In this document: positions 10,460 to 19,646 of the stretch, piece after piece
Numbering within the stretch: the first letter of the stretch is position 1
Layout of the letters: the number at the start of each line of letters is the position of its first letter
Assembly (NCBI GenBank): GCA_965243135.1
Contig: OZ251539.1
Location: 1,472,001 to 1,536,000 of the forward strand
Direction: 5' to 3'
From: Alphaproteobacteria bacterium
GTDB taxonomy: Bacteria; Pseudomonadota; Alphaproteobacteria; MPNO01; UBA830
DNA: 64,000 nt
Program-made: the position numbers and the translations under genes
The notes under the pieces: generated by a model
Database searches by the model: none
Told to the model about the DNA's origin: nothing
What the model saw: the letters and a program-made list of their open reading frames with translations, nothing else

Positions 10460-10527
10460 GCCGCCGGGCGGCGCCTGCGAGGCGGGCCGTTCCGCGGTTC
10501 CCGTTTTCGGCGCGGTCTGCGAGGCGC

Positions 10528-10556
10528 TTGACCTGAAGGCCGCAAAGCCGCATTGT
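10528..10556 (+). promoter_or_regulatory. Putative sigma70 promoter of infA
   Basis: TTGACC-N17-CATTGT followed by SD AGGAG. Confidence 0.5.
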
Positions 10557-10580
10557 TCCAACGAACGATTAGGAGATACG

Positions 10581-10799
10581 ATGCCAAAGGAAGACTTGAT
10601 GGAGTTTTCCGGGACCGTGACGGAATTGCTTCCCAACGCGATGTTCCGGGTGAAACTTGACAACGAGCATATCGTACTGGCCCATACCTCCGGCAAGATG
10701 CGCAAGAACCGCATTCGCGTCCTTGCAGGCGACCGCGTCAACGTCGAAATGACGCCGTACGACCTCACCAAGGGACGCATCACCTTTCGTTTCAAGTAA
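10581..10799 (+). CDS. infA: Translation initiation factor IF-1
   Basis: 72 aa; [14 protein letters not shown]...[15 protein letters not shown]...[11 protein letters not shown]. Confidence 0.99.
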   Translation: MPKEDLMEFSGTVTELLPNAMFRVKLDNEHIVLAHTSGKMRKNRIRVLAGDRVNVEMTPYDLTKGRITFRFK

Positions 10800-10804
10800 A
10801 TTTC

Positions 10805-11392
10805 ATGGCGCGGCTGGTTCTCGCCTCCGCGTCGCCGCGCCGACGGGAGTTGCTGGCCGGAATCGGAATCTTTCCGGACGCGGTCGTTCCTCCGGATTTG
10901 GACGAGACGCCCTGCAGGCGCGAGCTCCCGGCCCGGACCGCGCGGCGCTTGGCGGACTCGAAAGCGGATTCGATCGCCGGACGAGAGCCCGAGGCGTTCG
11001 TGATCGCGGCCGATACCGTGGTCGCGCTGGGCCGCCGGCCTTTGGGCAAGCCGGTCGACGAGAACGAAGCGCGGCGCTTCCTCGGCATGATTTCCGGGCG
11101 TCGGCACCGCGTCTACGGCGGGGTGGCGGTGATCGCGCCGGACGGTCGCCGCGCCGGACGGTTGGTGACGACGGTGGTCAGTTTCAAGCGTCTTTCTCGT
11201 CCGGAAGTCGAGGACTATCTAGCCAGCGGCGAATGGCGCGACAAGGCGGGAGGGTACGCCATACAGGGCAGGGCGGCGGCCCTCGTTCCGCGGATCAACG
11301 GTTCGTACTCCAACGTCGTCGGGCTGCCGCTTTACGAAACCGTCTCGCTTTTGCAAGGATTGGGCTTTCGGGCCGGGAAGAAGACGGAATGA
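10805..11392 (+). CDS. maf: Maf-family nucleoside triphosphate pyrophosphatase
   Basis: LASASPRRRELL, AADTVV, DKAGGYAIQG, SNVVGLPL. Confidence 0.95.
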   Translation: MARLVLASASPRRRELLAGIGIFPDAVVPPDLDETPCRRELPARTARRLADSKADSIAGREPEAFVIAADTVVALGRRPLGKPVDENEARRFLGMISGRRHRVYGGVAVIAPDGRRAGRLVTTVVSFKRLSRPEVEDYLASGEWRDKAGGYAIQGRAAALVPRINGSYSNVVGLPLYETVSLLQGLGFRAGKKTE

Positions 11393-12798
11393 CGAGGGAA
11401 TTGTTCGTAAACGTCATGCCGACGGAAGTTCGGGCCGCCTTGGTCGAGGACGGGCGCCTGACCGACCTCGTCCTGGAGCGCAGCGAGCGGGCCAGTCTGA
11501 TCGGAGACGTTTACCTCGGGCGAGTCGAGCGCGTGATGAATGGCGCCGCCTTCGTCGATATCGGAATGGCGCGCTCCGGCTTTCTCGGACTCGACGAAGG
11601 CTGGCGGGACGGCGGCGACTCGGTGCACGAGGGCGAGGCTGTCGTCGTTCAGGTCCTGAAAGACGCCACCGGAACGAAGGGCGTCCAGCTGTCGCGCCGA
11701 TTGGCTCTGCCGGGACGATTTCTGGTCTACACGCCGCTCCAGGATCGCGTGACGGTGTCCCGGCAGATCGCGGACGAAGACGAACGCGCCCGGTTGGTCG
11801 GGCTGGCGGAGGAAATCGCCGGCCCCGGAGACGGCTTCATACTTCGAACCGCGGCGGCCGGCGTCGGGCGCGCCGAACTGGAAATCGACGCCGGAGATCT
11901 GCTTGAGAAATGGCGGGCGATAGAAGACGCGCGGACGATCGCGAAGCCGCCGTCCTGCTTGCATGCCGATGCGGATCCGGTGCTCCGAATCCTGCGGGAC
12001 TACGCGCTGGGCGACATCGATTCCATTCGCCTCGACGATCGCGCGGCCGTCGCGGCGGCGCGCGAGTTTTGCGAGCAGGTCGCGGCGGGAACGGCACAGC
12101 GCGTCCGGCATCACGCCGGACCCGCGGACATGTTCCGGCAGTTCGACATCGAGGAAGAAATTGAACGGCTCTGTCTGCGCCGGGTGCCCCTTCCGTCCGG
12201 CGGGACCTTGGTGATCGAGAGCACGGAAGCTCTCACCGCCATCGACGTCAACTCAGGGCGGTTGGACGCAGGACCCGAGCGGACCGCGTTCCTGACGAAT
12301 TGCGAGGCGGCTGCGGAGGCGCTGCGCCAGATCCGGTTGCGAAACGTCGCCGGGCTGATCGTGGTGGATTTCATCCACATGGACGACCAAAGCCACAGGG
12401 ACGAGGTTCTTTCGCTTCTCGAAAGCGCCGCCGCTGCGGACCGCAACGCGACGCGCGTCCTCGGTTTTTCGAATGCCGGCCTCGTCGAGATCACGCGCCG
12501 CCGCCGCCGCGAGCCGCTCCTGAACATCATGACCGAAACGTGCGCAGCCTGCGCCGGGCTGGGCCGGACGGCGTCCGTCGACGTCGTTTGCCTGGATATA
12601 CTCAGGGCGCTCAGGCGCGACGCGCGGATTGCGCCGCCCGGGACGCTGGCGGTTCGCGCCGCGCCCGAGGTGGCGGACCGGCTGGCCGCGCGCTACGAGG
12701 ACTCGGTCGGGGCGCTGCGCGCGGAAAGCGGCCGCGCCGTAGAGATTTCCGGCGAGAAGGGGCGCGGGCGCGAGCGTTATGAAATCGCCGTCGTGTAG
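11389..12798 (+). CDS. rng: Ribonuclease E/G family protein (RNase G-like)
   Basis: S1 domain (GAAFVDIG), TEALTAIDVNSG, QIRLRNVAGLIVVDFIHM, CxxC Zn link; start ATG 11389. Confidence 0.9.
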   Translation: MTRELFVNVMPTEVRAALVEDGRLTDLVLERSERASLIGDVYLGRVERVMNGAAFVDIGMARSGFLGLDEGWRDGGDSVHEGEAVVVQVLKDATGTKGVQLSRRLALPGRFLVYTPLQDRVTVSRQIADEDERARLVGLAEEIAGPGDGFILRTAAAGVGRAELEIDAGDLLEKWRAIEDARTIAKPPSCLHADADPVLRILRDYALGDIDSIRLDDRAAVAAAREFCEQVAAGTAQRVRHHAGPADMFRQFDIEEEIERLCLRRVPLPSGGTLVIESTEALTAIDVNSGRLDAGPERTAFLTNCEAAAEALRQIRLRNVAGLIVVDFIHMDDQSHRDEVLSLLESAAAADRNATRVLGFSNAGLVEITRRRRREPLLNIMTETCAACAGLGRTASVDVVCLDILRALRRDARIAPPGTLAVRAAPEVADRLAARYEDSVGALRAESGRAVEISGEKGRGRERYEIAVV

Positions 12799-12964
12799 CG
12801 GCGGCGCGCCCAAGTGTCCGATTTGCGGCGCGCCTCGGACGCCGGAGCACCGTCCGTTCTGTTCCAGACGATGCGCCAATATCGATCTGGGCCGGTGGCT
12901 ATCGGGAACCTATGCGGTCGCCGCCGAAGAGCCGCCGGACGACGCGGGCGAAGACGAGGAATAG
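12779..12964 (+). CDS. yacG: DNA gyrase inhibitor YacG
   Basis: CPICG...RPFCSRRCANIDLGRWL. Confidence 0.92.
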   Translation: MKSPSCSGGAPKCPICGAPRTPEHRPFCSRRCANIDLGRWLSGTYAVAAEEPPDDAGEDEE

Positions 12965-13067
12965 GCGACCGGGCGCTCGCGCAGGAGGCCCTCGTCCCGC
13001 GGTGGTTCGGCCTTCCGGTTCCTCGATCCGGCGGCTTTCGCGGCCGGCGGCGGCGAAGAAAATTTCG

Positions 13068-13097
13068 TTGACAAGCCGGTCGCGCATCGGCTATGCA
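13068..13097 (+). promoter_or_regulatory. Putative sigma70 promoter of tRNA-Phe
   Basis: TTGACA, then CTATGC 17 bp downstream, just before the tRNA. Confidence 0.6.
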
Positions 13098-13111
13098 GGC
13101 CAACCTGTCGT

Positions 13112-13187
13112 GCCCAGGTAGCTCAGTCGGTAGAGCACTGCACTGAAAATGCAGGTGTCGGTGGTTCGATTCCGCCCCTGGGCACCA
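13112..13187 (+). tRNA. tRNA-Phe(GAA)
   Basis: GCCCAGGTAGCTCAGTCGGTAGAGCACTGCACTGAAAATGCAGGTGTCGGTGGTTCGATTCCGCCCCTGGGCACCA, 76 nt. Confidence 0.97.
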
Positions 13188-13206
13188 CCATCCCGCCTTC
13201 GGCGCG

Positions 13207-15027
13207 TCAGGCGTCCATCTCCCGTTCGCCGACCATCCGGAATTCGGAGATCCCGAGCTCGTCGTGGAAATGCCGCAAATGGCGAGGATGCTCCGTCCGC
13301 GCGGGAGCGTCCCGTATCCCGGCGCGCAGCGCCGCCGTGGCTGAAGCGTCGACCTGTCCATCGACGATCGCGACGCCGTAGACCTCGCGCGCGTATTCGA
13401 CGGTGAGGATCTCTTCGCGCACGTCTTCGAGCACTGCGGCCGGATCTCGCTCCAGCGGATCGCCGTGGCCGCCGCCGCCGCCCGAGACGTGAAGGAACGC
13501 CTCGTCCTTCCCGAACCGTACCGCTTCCATGGGCATGACCGGAATCGGCGACTGTCCGGGAGTGCCTGCATTTCTCAGATTCCAGGACGGCGTTCCCGCC
13601 GCGCCGCCGCTCAGGCCGTAGGGGAGAAAACGCCGCCGGTCTGAACGCATCACCATGTGCGTTTCCTCGCCGAGAAAACGGTATTCCCGTTGATAGGCGG
13701 GCGCGCCGCGGCGCTTGCCCGGCCCTCCGGAATTCCGGACCAGGCCGTAGCGGACGATTTCCAGCGGGAACAGCGTCTCCACCATTTCGACAGGCTGGTT
13801 GGTGAGATTCCCCCCTGGGTTGGGTATGCCGAACGTTCCGTCGCGATCGTGCGTCGCTCCCCAGCTTCCGGCCCACGCCTCCGTGCAGACGAAACGGCGG
13901 CCGCCGTCCCAGCCGCTGAAGGACGGGAAGGTCACGCCGCCTTCGCCGGCGGCGGGCACGCGCTCGGGCACGATTTGCGCGAAGCATCCGAGCAGCGCGT
14001 CGAGCGCCCGCCAGCCGACGATCGCACGCGCCGCGCAGGCCGCCGGCGGCAACGGATTCACGATCGTGCCCTCCGGCGCCACGACGTTCAGCGGGCGGAC
14101 GAAGCCTTCGAAGTTCGGGACGTCTTCGCGAGCGATGCACTTGACGATCAGATGGCAGGCAGATTTGACGAACGGAACAGGGCAATTGACGGCGGCGTCC
14201 ACCTGCGGGGCGGAGCCGTTCCAGTCGAGCGTCATGTCGCTGCCGTCGATGGTGACGGCTACCTTGAGGGCAAGCGGTTCCGGGTCTTCGCCAAGCCCGT
14301 CGATATAGTCGGTGAACGTCCAGCTCCCGTCGGGCAGGGCGGCGATTTCGGCCCGCATCGCCCGTTCGGCGTGATCGTGCAGCGCCTCCACGATCGCATG
14401 GTACGCCTCCGCCCCGTAGCGGCGGATCAGCCGGGACAAGGCCGCGTCCGCCGTGCGGCAGGCGGCGACCTGCGCGCGCATGTCTCCGCCCAGCTTGTCG
14501 GGCATGCGGGTGTTCTTTTCCATCAGACGGAAGAACGTCTCGTTGGGCTCGCCGCGGTCGTACAGGCGGATGGGCGGAATTCGCAGGCCTTCCTGAAAGA
14601 TCTCCCGCGCGTAGACGGCCGACGAACCGGGCGCGATGCCGCCCATGTCGATCTGGTGGACGAGGGTCGCCGCGTAGCCTTGAAGGTCGCCGTCGACGAA
14701 GACGGGCTTGACGATGTAGACGTCGGGAAGGTGCTGGCCGCCGCCGCCGTAGGGATCGTTCCAGACGAACATGTCTCCGGGATGCATGTCGCTGCCGTAG
14801 TCCTTCAGGAGGGCCCGCATGGCGTCGGGAAACGATCCGAGATGCAGGGCCATCGTCATGCCGTGCGCCGCGACCCGTCCCTCGCGGTCGCAGATGCCGG
14901 TCGAATAGTCCATGGAATCGCGGACGATCGTGGAGTACGCCGTGCGCATTATCACCAGCGCCATCTCGTCGGCGATGGAGCCGAGGGCGTTCCGCACCAC
15001 TTCCATCGTGACCGGATCGGGCGTCAT
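13207..15027 (-). CDS. Hydantoinase B/oxoprolinase family protein
   Basis: MTPDPVTMEVVRNAL...STIVRDSMDYS, NDPY..GQHLPD, SGGPGKRRG, GGGGGHGDPLERD. Confidence 0.93.
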   Translation of the reverse strand: MTPDPVTMEVVRNALGSIADEMALVIMRTAYSTIVRDSMDYSTGICDREGRVAAHGMTMALHLGSFPDAMRALLKDYGSDMHPGDMFVWNDPYGGGGQHLPDVYIVKPVFVDGDLQGYAATLVHQIDMGGIAPGSSAVYAREIFQEGLRIPPIRLYDRGEPNETFFRLMEKNTRMPDKLGGDMRAQVAACRTADAALSRLIRRYGAEAYHAIVEALHDHAERAMRAEIAALPDGSWTFTDYIDGLGEDPEPLALKVAVTIDGSDMTLDWNGSAPQVDAAVNCPVPFVKSACHLIVKCIAREDVPNFEGFVRPLNVVAPEGTIVNPLPPAACAARAIVGWRALDALLGCFAQIVPERVPAAGEGGVTFPSFSGWDGGRRFVCTEAWAGSWGATHDRDGTFGIPNPGGNLTNQPVEMVETLFPLEIVRYGLVRNSGGPGKRRGAPAYQREYRFLGEETHMVMRSDRRRFLPYGLSGGAAGTPSWNLRNAGTPGQSPIPVMPMEAVRFGKDEAFLHVSGGGGGHGDPLERDPAAVLEDVREEILTVEYAREVYGVAIVDGQVDASATAALRAGIRDAPARTEHPRHLRHFHDELGISEFRMVGEREMDA

Positions 15028-17081
15028 GCGCCTTTCTCCAGAACGACGTTGCCGGCCTCGTCCGTCAGGGCGCTCCAGCCCGGCGGAACGACGCAGGTGG
15101 AATCGTATTCTTCGAGGACCGCCGGACCGGTTCGCGGCAGCGCGCCGCGATCCACGACCGGCGTCTCGACCGCCCCGGCCGCAGGCCCGAAATATGCCGT
15201 TCGAACATGTGTCCCCGCCGCCTTCCGCCGTTGCCGGAACTTCACGCGCTCCGAGCGTTCGCCGGCGGCGCGCGCGACCGCGCGCAACGTCACGCACTCG
15301 ACCGCTTCGGCCCCGGCCTTGTGGCCGTAGGTGCGTTCGTGCTCGTCGCCGAACCTGTCGGCGAGCCGGGCGAAGTCCGGCGGCTTCCCTTCGCAGCTCA
15401 CCGTGAGTTCGTGCGCCTGTCCGGCGTATCTGAGGTCGGCATGTCGGGAGACGGCGTACCGCTTGCAGCCTTCCCGCCGCATCTCGTTTTTCACGGCCTC
15501 TTCCAGCCGCAGGAACGCCTCCTCCATTCTTTCGGGATCGACGCCGGAGAGGGGACGAAGCCAGCCGCAGCTCGTTTCGTGCTGAACGTCGGCCAGCAGC
15601 AAGCCGTAGGCGCTGAACACGCCCGGCGCGGGCGGAACGACGACGCGCCGCATATCGAGCAGGTCGGCGATTTCGGCGGCGACCGTCGGGCCGTTGCCGC
15701 CGAACGCGAACAACGAGAAGTCCCTCGGGTCGCGGCCGCGGTACGTGGTCACGGCCTTGACCGCCCGGACCATGGCGTTGCATCCGACCTGAAACACGCC
15801 CCAGGCCGCATCGGTCAGGTTTCGTCCGAGGGGCGCGCCGACGCGCTTTTCCAGAACGGCGCGCGCGCGATCCGGGTCGAGGGCCAGATCGCCGCCCACG
15901 AGATGGTCGGGATTGAGGTATCCGAGCGCGAGCAGCGCATCGGCGAAGGTGGGATCCGAGCCGCCCCGGCCGTAGCAGACCGGACCCGGAACCGCGCCTG
16001 CGCTTTCCGGTCCCACCTTCAGGAGGCCGCCGCGATCGAACGCGACGAGGCTGCCGCCGCCGGCGCCGATCTCGGAGATGTCGATGACCGGCAGCTTGAG
16101 CGCGTAACCGCCTCCCATCACGAGCTTGCTCGACAGGTTTATCCCGGCGCCCACTTCGTAGTCGCCGGTCCGCGCGACGCGGCCGCCTTCCACCATCGAA
16201 GCCTTGGCCGTCGTGCCGCCCATGTCGAGCGTGATGCAATCGCCGGGCGGCGCGTGCCGGGCCGCCCCGACAACCCCGGCCGCGGGGCCGGACTCGACGA
16301 TATGGGCCGGCTTGCGGGCGGCCGCGTCGATCGACATGGCGCCGCCGTCGGACTTCATGATCCGCACCGGCGCGGTCACGCCGATTTCCTCGAGGCGTCG
16401 GCCGAGGGAATCGAAATACCCCGCCATGACCGGTCCGAGGCAGGCGTTGATCACGGTCGTCGAGGTGCGTTCGTATTCGCGGATCTCCGGCAGGATGTCG
16501 CTCGAACAGGTGACGAAGACGCCGGAACCGAGAACCTCGCGGGCGATGCGCGCGGCGCGGCGTTCATGATCGGGATTGGCGTAGGCGTGAAGAAAGGAGA
16601 TGGCGACGGCGGCGACGCCTTCGCCGGCGAGACGCTCGCAGGCGGCGGCGACGTCCGCTTCGTCGAGCGGCATGCGGACGTCTCCGCGGGGGCCGGTCCT
16701 CTCGCGCACTTCCAGCCGCCGTCGGCGCGGCACGAGCGGCGGCGGCTTGATCCAGTTCAGGGTATACATCTCGGGGATGCGCAGTCGCCTCAGCTCCAGC
16801 ACGTCCCTGAACCCTTTCGTCGTGAGCAGGCCCGTGCGGGCGCTCTTGCCTTCCAGAATGGCGTTCGTCGCGACCGTCGTGCCGTGAACCACGGTTTCGA
16901 CCGCTTCCGGACCTGCTCCCGCCCGCTCGAGGGCCGCTCGGAGCCCGGTCGCGACGCCGCGTCCGAAGTCGTCGGGCGTCGTCGGCAACTTCTCGGCGTG
17001 CACCGTTCCGTCTCGGCCCATCAGGACGAGATCCGTAAAGGTCCCTCCGATGTCGATGCCGGCGAGGTAACGGGCCGTCAT
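15024..17081 (-). CDS. Hydantoinase A/oxoprolinase family protein (ATP-binding subunit)
   Basis: IDIGGTFTD, HGTTVATNAILE, ESGPAAG, DMGGTT, GAGGGS. Confidence 0.93.
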   Translation of the reverse strand: MTARYLAGIDIGGTFTDLVLMGRDGTVHAEKLPTTPDDFGRGVATGLRAALERAGAGPEAVETVVHGTTVATNAILEGKSARTGLLTTKGFRDVLELRRLRIPEMYTLNWIKPPPLVPRRRRLEVRERTGPRGDVRMPLDEADVAAACERLAGEGVAAVAISFLHAYANPDHERRAARIAREVLGSGVFVTCSSDILPEIREYERTSTTVINACLGPVMAGYFDSLGRRLEEIGVTAPVRIMKSDGGAMSIDAAARKPAHIVESGPAAGVVGAARHAPPGDCITLDMGGTTAKASMVEGGRVARTGDYEVGAGINLSSKLVMGGGYALKLPVIDISEIGAGGGSLVAFDRGGLLKVGPESAGAVPGPVCYGRGGSDPTFADALLALGYLNPDHLVGGDLALDPDRARAVLEKRVGAPLGRNLTDAAWGVFQVGCNAMVRAVKAVTTYRGRDPRDFSLFAFGGNGPTVAAEIADLLDMRRVVVPPAPGVFSAYGLLLADVQHETSCGWLRPLSGVDPERMEEAFLRLEEAVKNEMRREGCKRYAVSRHADLRYAGQAHELTVSCEGKPPDFARLADRFGDEHERTYGHKAGAEAVECVTLRAVARAAGERSERVKFRQRRKAAGTHVRTAYFGPAAGAVETPVVDRGALPRTGPAVLEEYDSTCVVPPGWSALTDEAGNVVLEKGA

Positions 17082-19429
17082 GCGGCGCGCATGGCCCGCC
17101 AGATGGCGAAAGGCGTCAACGGCATCGCCAGGTCGCGGACTCCAAGACCGGACAGCGCGTCGAGAGCCGCCCCCACGACGGCGGCCGGCGCGCCGATGGA
17201 CCCCGATTCGCCGCAACCTTTCGCGCCGAGCGGATTGTGCGTGCAAGGTTGCGACTCGTCGAACTCTCCCTCGAAGGCCACGAGATCGTCCGCTCGCGGC
17301 ACGCAATAGTCCATGAAGGAGGCCGACAGGAGCTGGCCGGACTCCGGGTCGTAGGCGCAGCGTTCGGTCGCGGCCTGGCCGATGCCCTGCGCGAGGCCGC
17401 CGTGAATCTGCCCTTCGACGATCATCGGATTGATGATGGTTCCGATATCGTCGACCGTCAGGTAGCGCAGCATCTCCATGCGGCCGGTTTCGGGGTCGAT
17501 CTCGATCTCGCAGAGATGGCCGCCGTTGGAATACGCGAAGTTCGGAGGATCGTAGAACGCGGTCTCGTTCAGCCCCGGCTCCAGGCCGGCAGGAAGGACG
17601 TGGGCGAGATTGGCCGTTTTGGCGACCTCCGCGAGGGAAACGCTCCGGTCGGTGCCTGCGACCCTGTAGACGCCGTCCTCCCCGAAGGTCACGTCTTCCG
17701 GCGCGGCTTCCATGAGTTCCGCGGCGATGCGGCGGCCCTTGTCCACGATCTTGTCTGCGGCCGTCGCGATCGCCGAGCCGCCGACCGCGATGGATCGCGA
17801 GCCGAAGGTGCCCGTTCCCATGGGCACCGCGTCGGTGTCCCCCTCGGTCACGCGGACGGCCTCGAAGGGCAAGCCAAGTCGCGTGGCGACGATCTGGGCG
17901 TAGGTCGTCTCGTGACCCTGTCCGTGATTATGGGTGCCGGCGAGCACCTGGACGCCGCCCTCGGCGTCGATGCGGATTTCCGCGCTCTCGAAGAAGCCGA
18001 CGCGCGCTCCCATCATGCCGGCCAGTCTGGACGGCGCGACGCCGGAAGTCTCGACGTAAGTGGCGAGGCCGATTCCCCGAAGCATGCCTCGGGCGCCGCT
18101 TTCAGTCCGTCGCGCTTCGAACCCGGCCCAGTCCCCGGCATCGAGAAGCCTGTCGAGGATCGCGGGAAAGTCGCCGCAGTCGTAGGTCGGCCCGATCGGC
18201 GTCGCGTAGGGCATCGCGTCGGCGGGAACGAGATTGCGCCGCCGGATTTCGGCGCGGTCGCGCCTGAGGGCGCGGGCGGCTTCGTCGGCGAGCCTTTCGA
18301 GAACGAAGCACGCTTCCGGCCGCCCGGCGCCGCGATAGGCGTCGGTAGGCACCGTATTGGTGAATACGCCCGTTATCTCGACATGGATGGCCGGCGTTCG
18401 GTAGACGCCGGCGAGCAGCGCCGAATAGATCGGGGCGGGGATGGCCGCTCCGAAGGTCGATACGTAGGCGCCGATGTTGGCGAGGGTGCGCACCCGAAGT
18501 CCGAGAAAGTTCCCGTCGTCGTCGAAGCCGAGGGAGGCGCGCGTCACGTGGTCGCGGGCCTGGGTATCGGAACAGAATGCTTCCGAACGGCCGGATATCC
18601 AGCGCAGGGGCCTTTCGAGCCGGCGCGCCGCCCAGACCAGCACGGTTTCTTCCGGGTAATGCTTCCCCTTGGTGCCGAACCCGCCGCCGACGTCGGGCGA
18701 CACCACGCGCACCCGGTTCGGGCGAAGGCCCAGCGCCTCGGTCACGGAACGCCGAATCAGATGGGGAGCTTGGGTCGCGTCGTAAAGGGTCGTGACGTCC
18801 GTCGACGGGTCGTGGACGGCGAGGCAGGCGCGCGCCTCGAGAGCGGCGCAAGCGAGACGATTGTTTACGATCTCGAGTTCGACGACGTGCGGCGCGGAGG
18901 CGAGGGCGGCTCCGGCCGCGTCGGCGTCGCCGCGGCCCCACGTGTAGGCTTCGTTGCCCGGCGCCTCCGCGTGAACCAGCGGAGAATCCTCCAGCAGCGC
19001 CTCCGCCGCGTCGGCGACCGCGGGACGGGGTTCGTAGTTCACCGCTACGGCCTCCGCCGCGTCGGCCGCCTGAAGCGCGGTTTCCGCGACCACCAGCGCG
19101 ACCGGCTCGCCGACATGGCGCACGCGGCCGGACGCGAGCGGCCGGCGCGGCGGTTGCTTCATCGGGCTGCCGTCGGAATTGCTCACCATCCACATGAAGG
19201 GCAGGGGGCCGACCGACTTCATGTCGCTGTCGGTCAGCACGGCGGCCACGCCCGGCATCGCCGCCGCGGGTTCGGCATCTATGGACGCGATGTCAGCATG
19301 GGCGTGAGGCGACCTGACGAAGACGGCGTGGAGCTGGCCCGGGTGCGAGATGTCCGAAACGAATCGTCCCCGGCCTCGGAGAAACTTTTCGTCCTCCTTG
19401 CGAAGCGCGGCGTCGCCGATGCCGTTCAT
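17078..19429 (-). CDS. Xanthine dehydrogenase family molybdopterin-binding subunit (form II CoxL-like)
   Basis: VGGGFGTK, AYRGAGRPEA, HGQGHET, GQIHGGLAQGIGQA, GAKGCGE. Confidence 0.92.
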   Translation of the reverse strand: MNGIGDAALRKEDEKFLRGRGRFVSDISHPGQLHAVFVRSPHAHADIASIDAEPAAAMPGVAAVLTDSDMKSVGPLPFMWMVSNSDGSPMKQPPRRPLASGRVRHVGEPVALVVAETALQAADAAEAVAVNYEPRPAVADAAEALLEDSPLVHAEAPGNEAYTWGRGDADAAGAALASAPHVVELEIVNNRLACAALEARACLAVHDPSTDVTTLYDATQAPHLIRRSVTEALGLRPNRVRVVSPDVGGGFGTKGKHYPEETVLVWAARRLERPLRWISGRSEAFCSDTQARDHVTRASLGFDDDGNFLGLRVRTLANIGAYVSTFGAAIPAPIYSALLAGVYRTPAIHVEITGVFTNTVPTDAYRGAGRPEACFVLERLADEAARALRRDRAEIRRRNLVPADAMPYATPIGPTYDCGDFPAILDRLLDAGDWAGFEARRTESGARGMLRGIGLATYVETSGVAPSRLAGMMGARVGFFESAEIRIDAEGGVQVLAGTHNHGQGHETTYAQIVATRLGLPFEAVRVTEGDTDAVPMGTGTFGSRSIAVGGSAIATAADKIVDKGRRIAAELMEAAPEDVTFGEDGVYRVAGTDRSVSLAEVAKTANLAHVLPAGLEPGLNETAFYDPPNFAYSNGGHLCEIEIDPETGRMEMLRYLTVDDIGTIINPMIVEGQIHGGLAQGIGQAATERCAYDPESGQLLSASFMDYCVPRADDLVAFEGEFDESQPCTHNPLGAKGCGESGSIGAPAAVVGAALDALSGLGVRDLAMPLTPFAIWRAMRAA

Positions 19430-19646
19430 GTCTTTCCTCCGGTTTGTCCGGCAGGAGCCGGTCGCGCCCGTCGGCTTTCGCGTCGACCGGGCGGCGCCCG
19501 CGCAACCCGGCCGGCGTCAGTATAGCCCGCGCCCTGCGAAGGGCGACCGCCTGGCGCGCGGCCGGATCGGTCGATGCCTGGACGCGGGCGTTCTCGGGGG
19601 CCTGCCGGCGGAAGCCGGAGGTCGCGGCCGCTTCGCGGAATCCCGT

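Noticed and set aside
13112-13260. tRNA-Phe as the attachment site of an integrated island covering the downstream catabolic genes
   Set aside because: No integrase and no duplicated tRNA 3' end were seen in the window; downstream genes look native in GC and codon style.
13207-16239. Long N-terminal extensions in the ORF track suggesting extra fusions (1010-aa hydantoinase B, 628-aa TctC, 1088-aa Mo subunit, 428-aa DnaJ)
   Set aside because: The extensions overlap real upstream genes or a tRNA in another frame; the true starts are internal and mostly couple to the upstream stop codon.
17078-19429. Aerobic CO dehydrogenase (form I CoxL)
   Set aside because: Active-site loop is AYRGAGR rather than AYxCSFR, and there are no coxMS or accessory cox genes.
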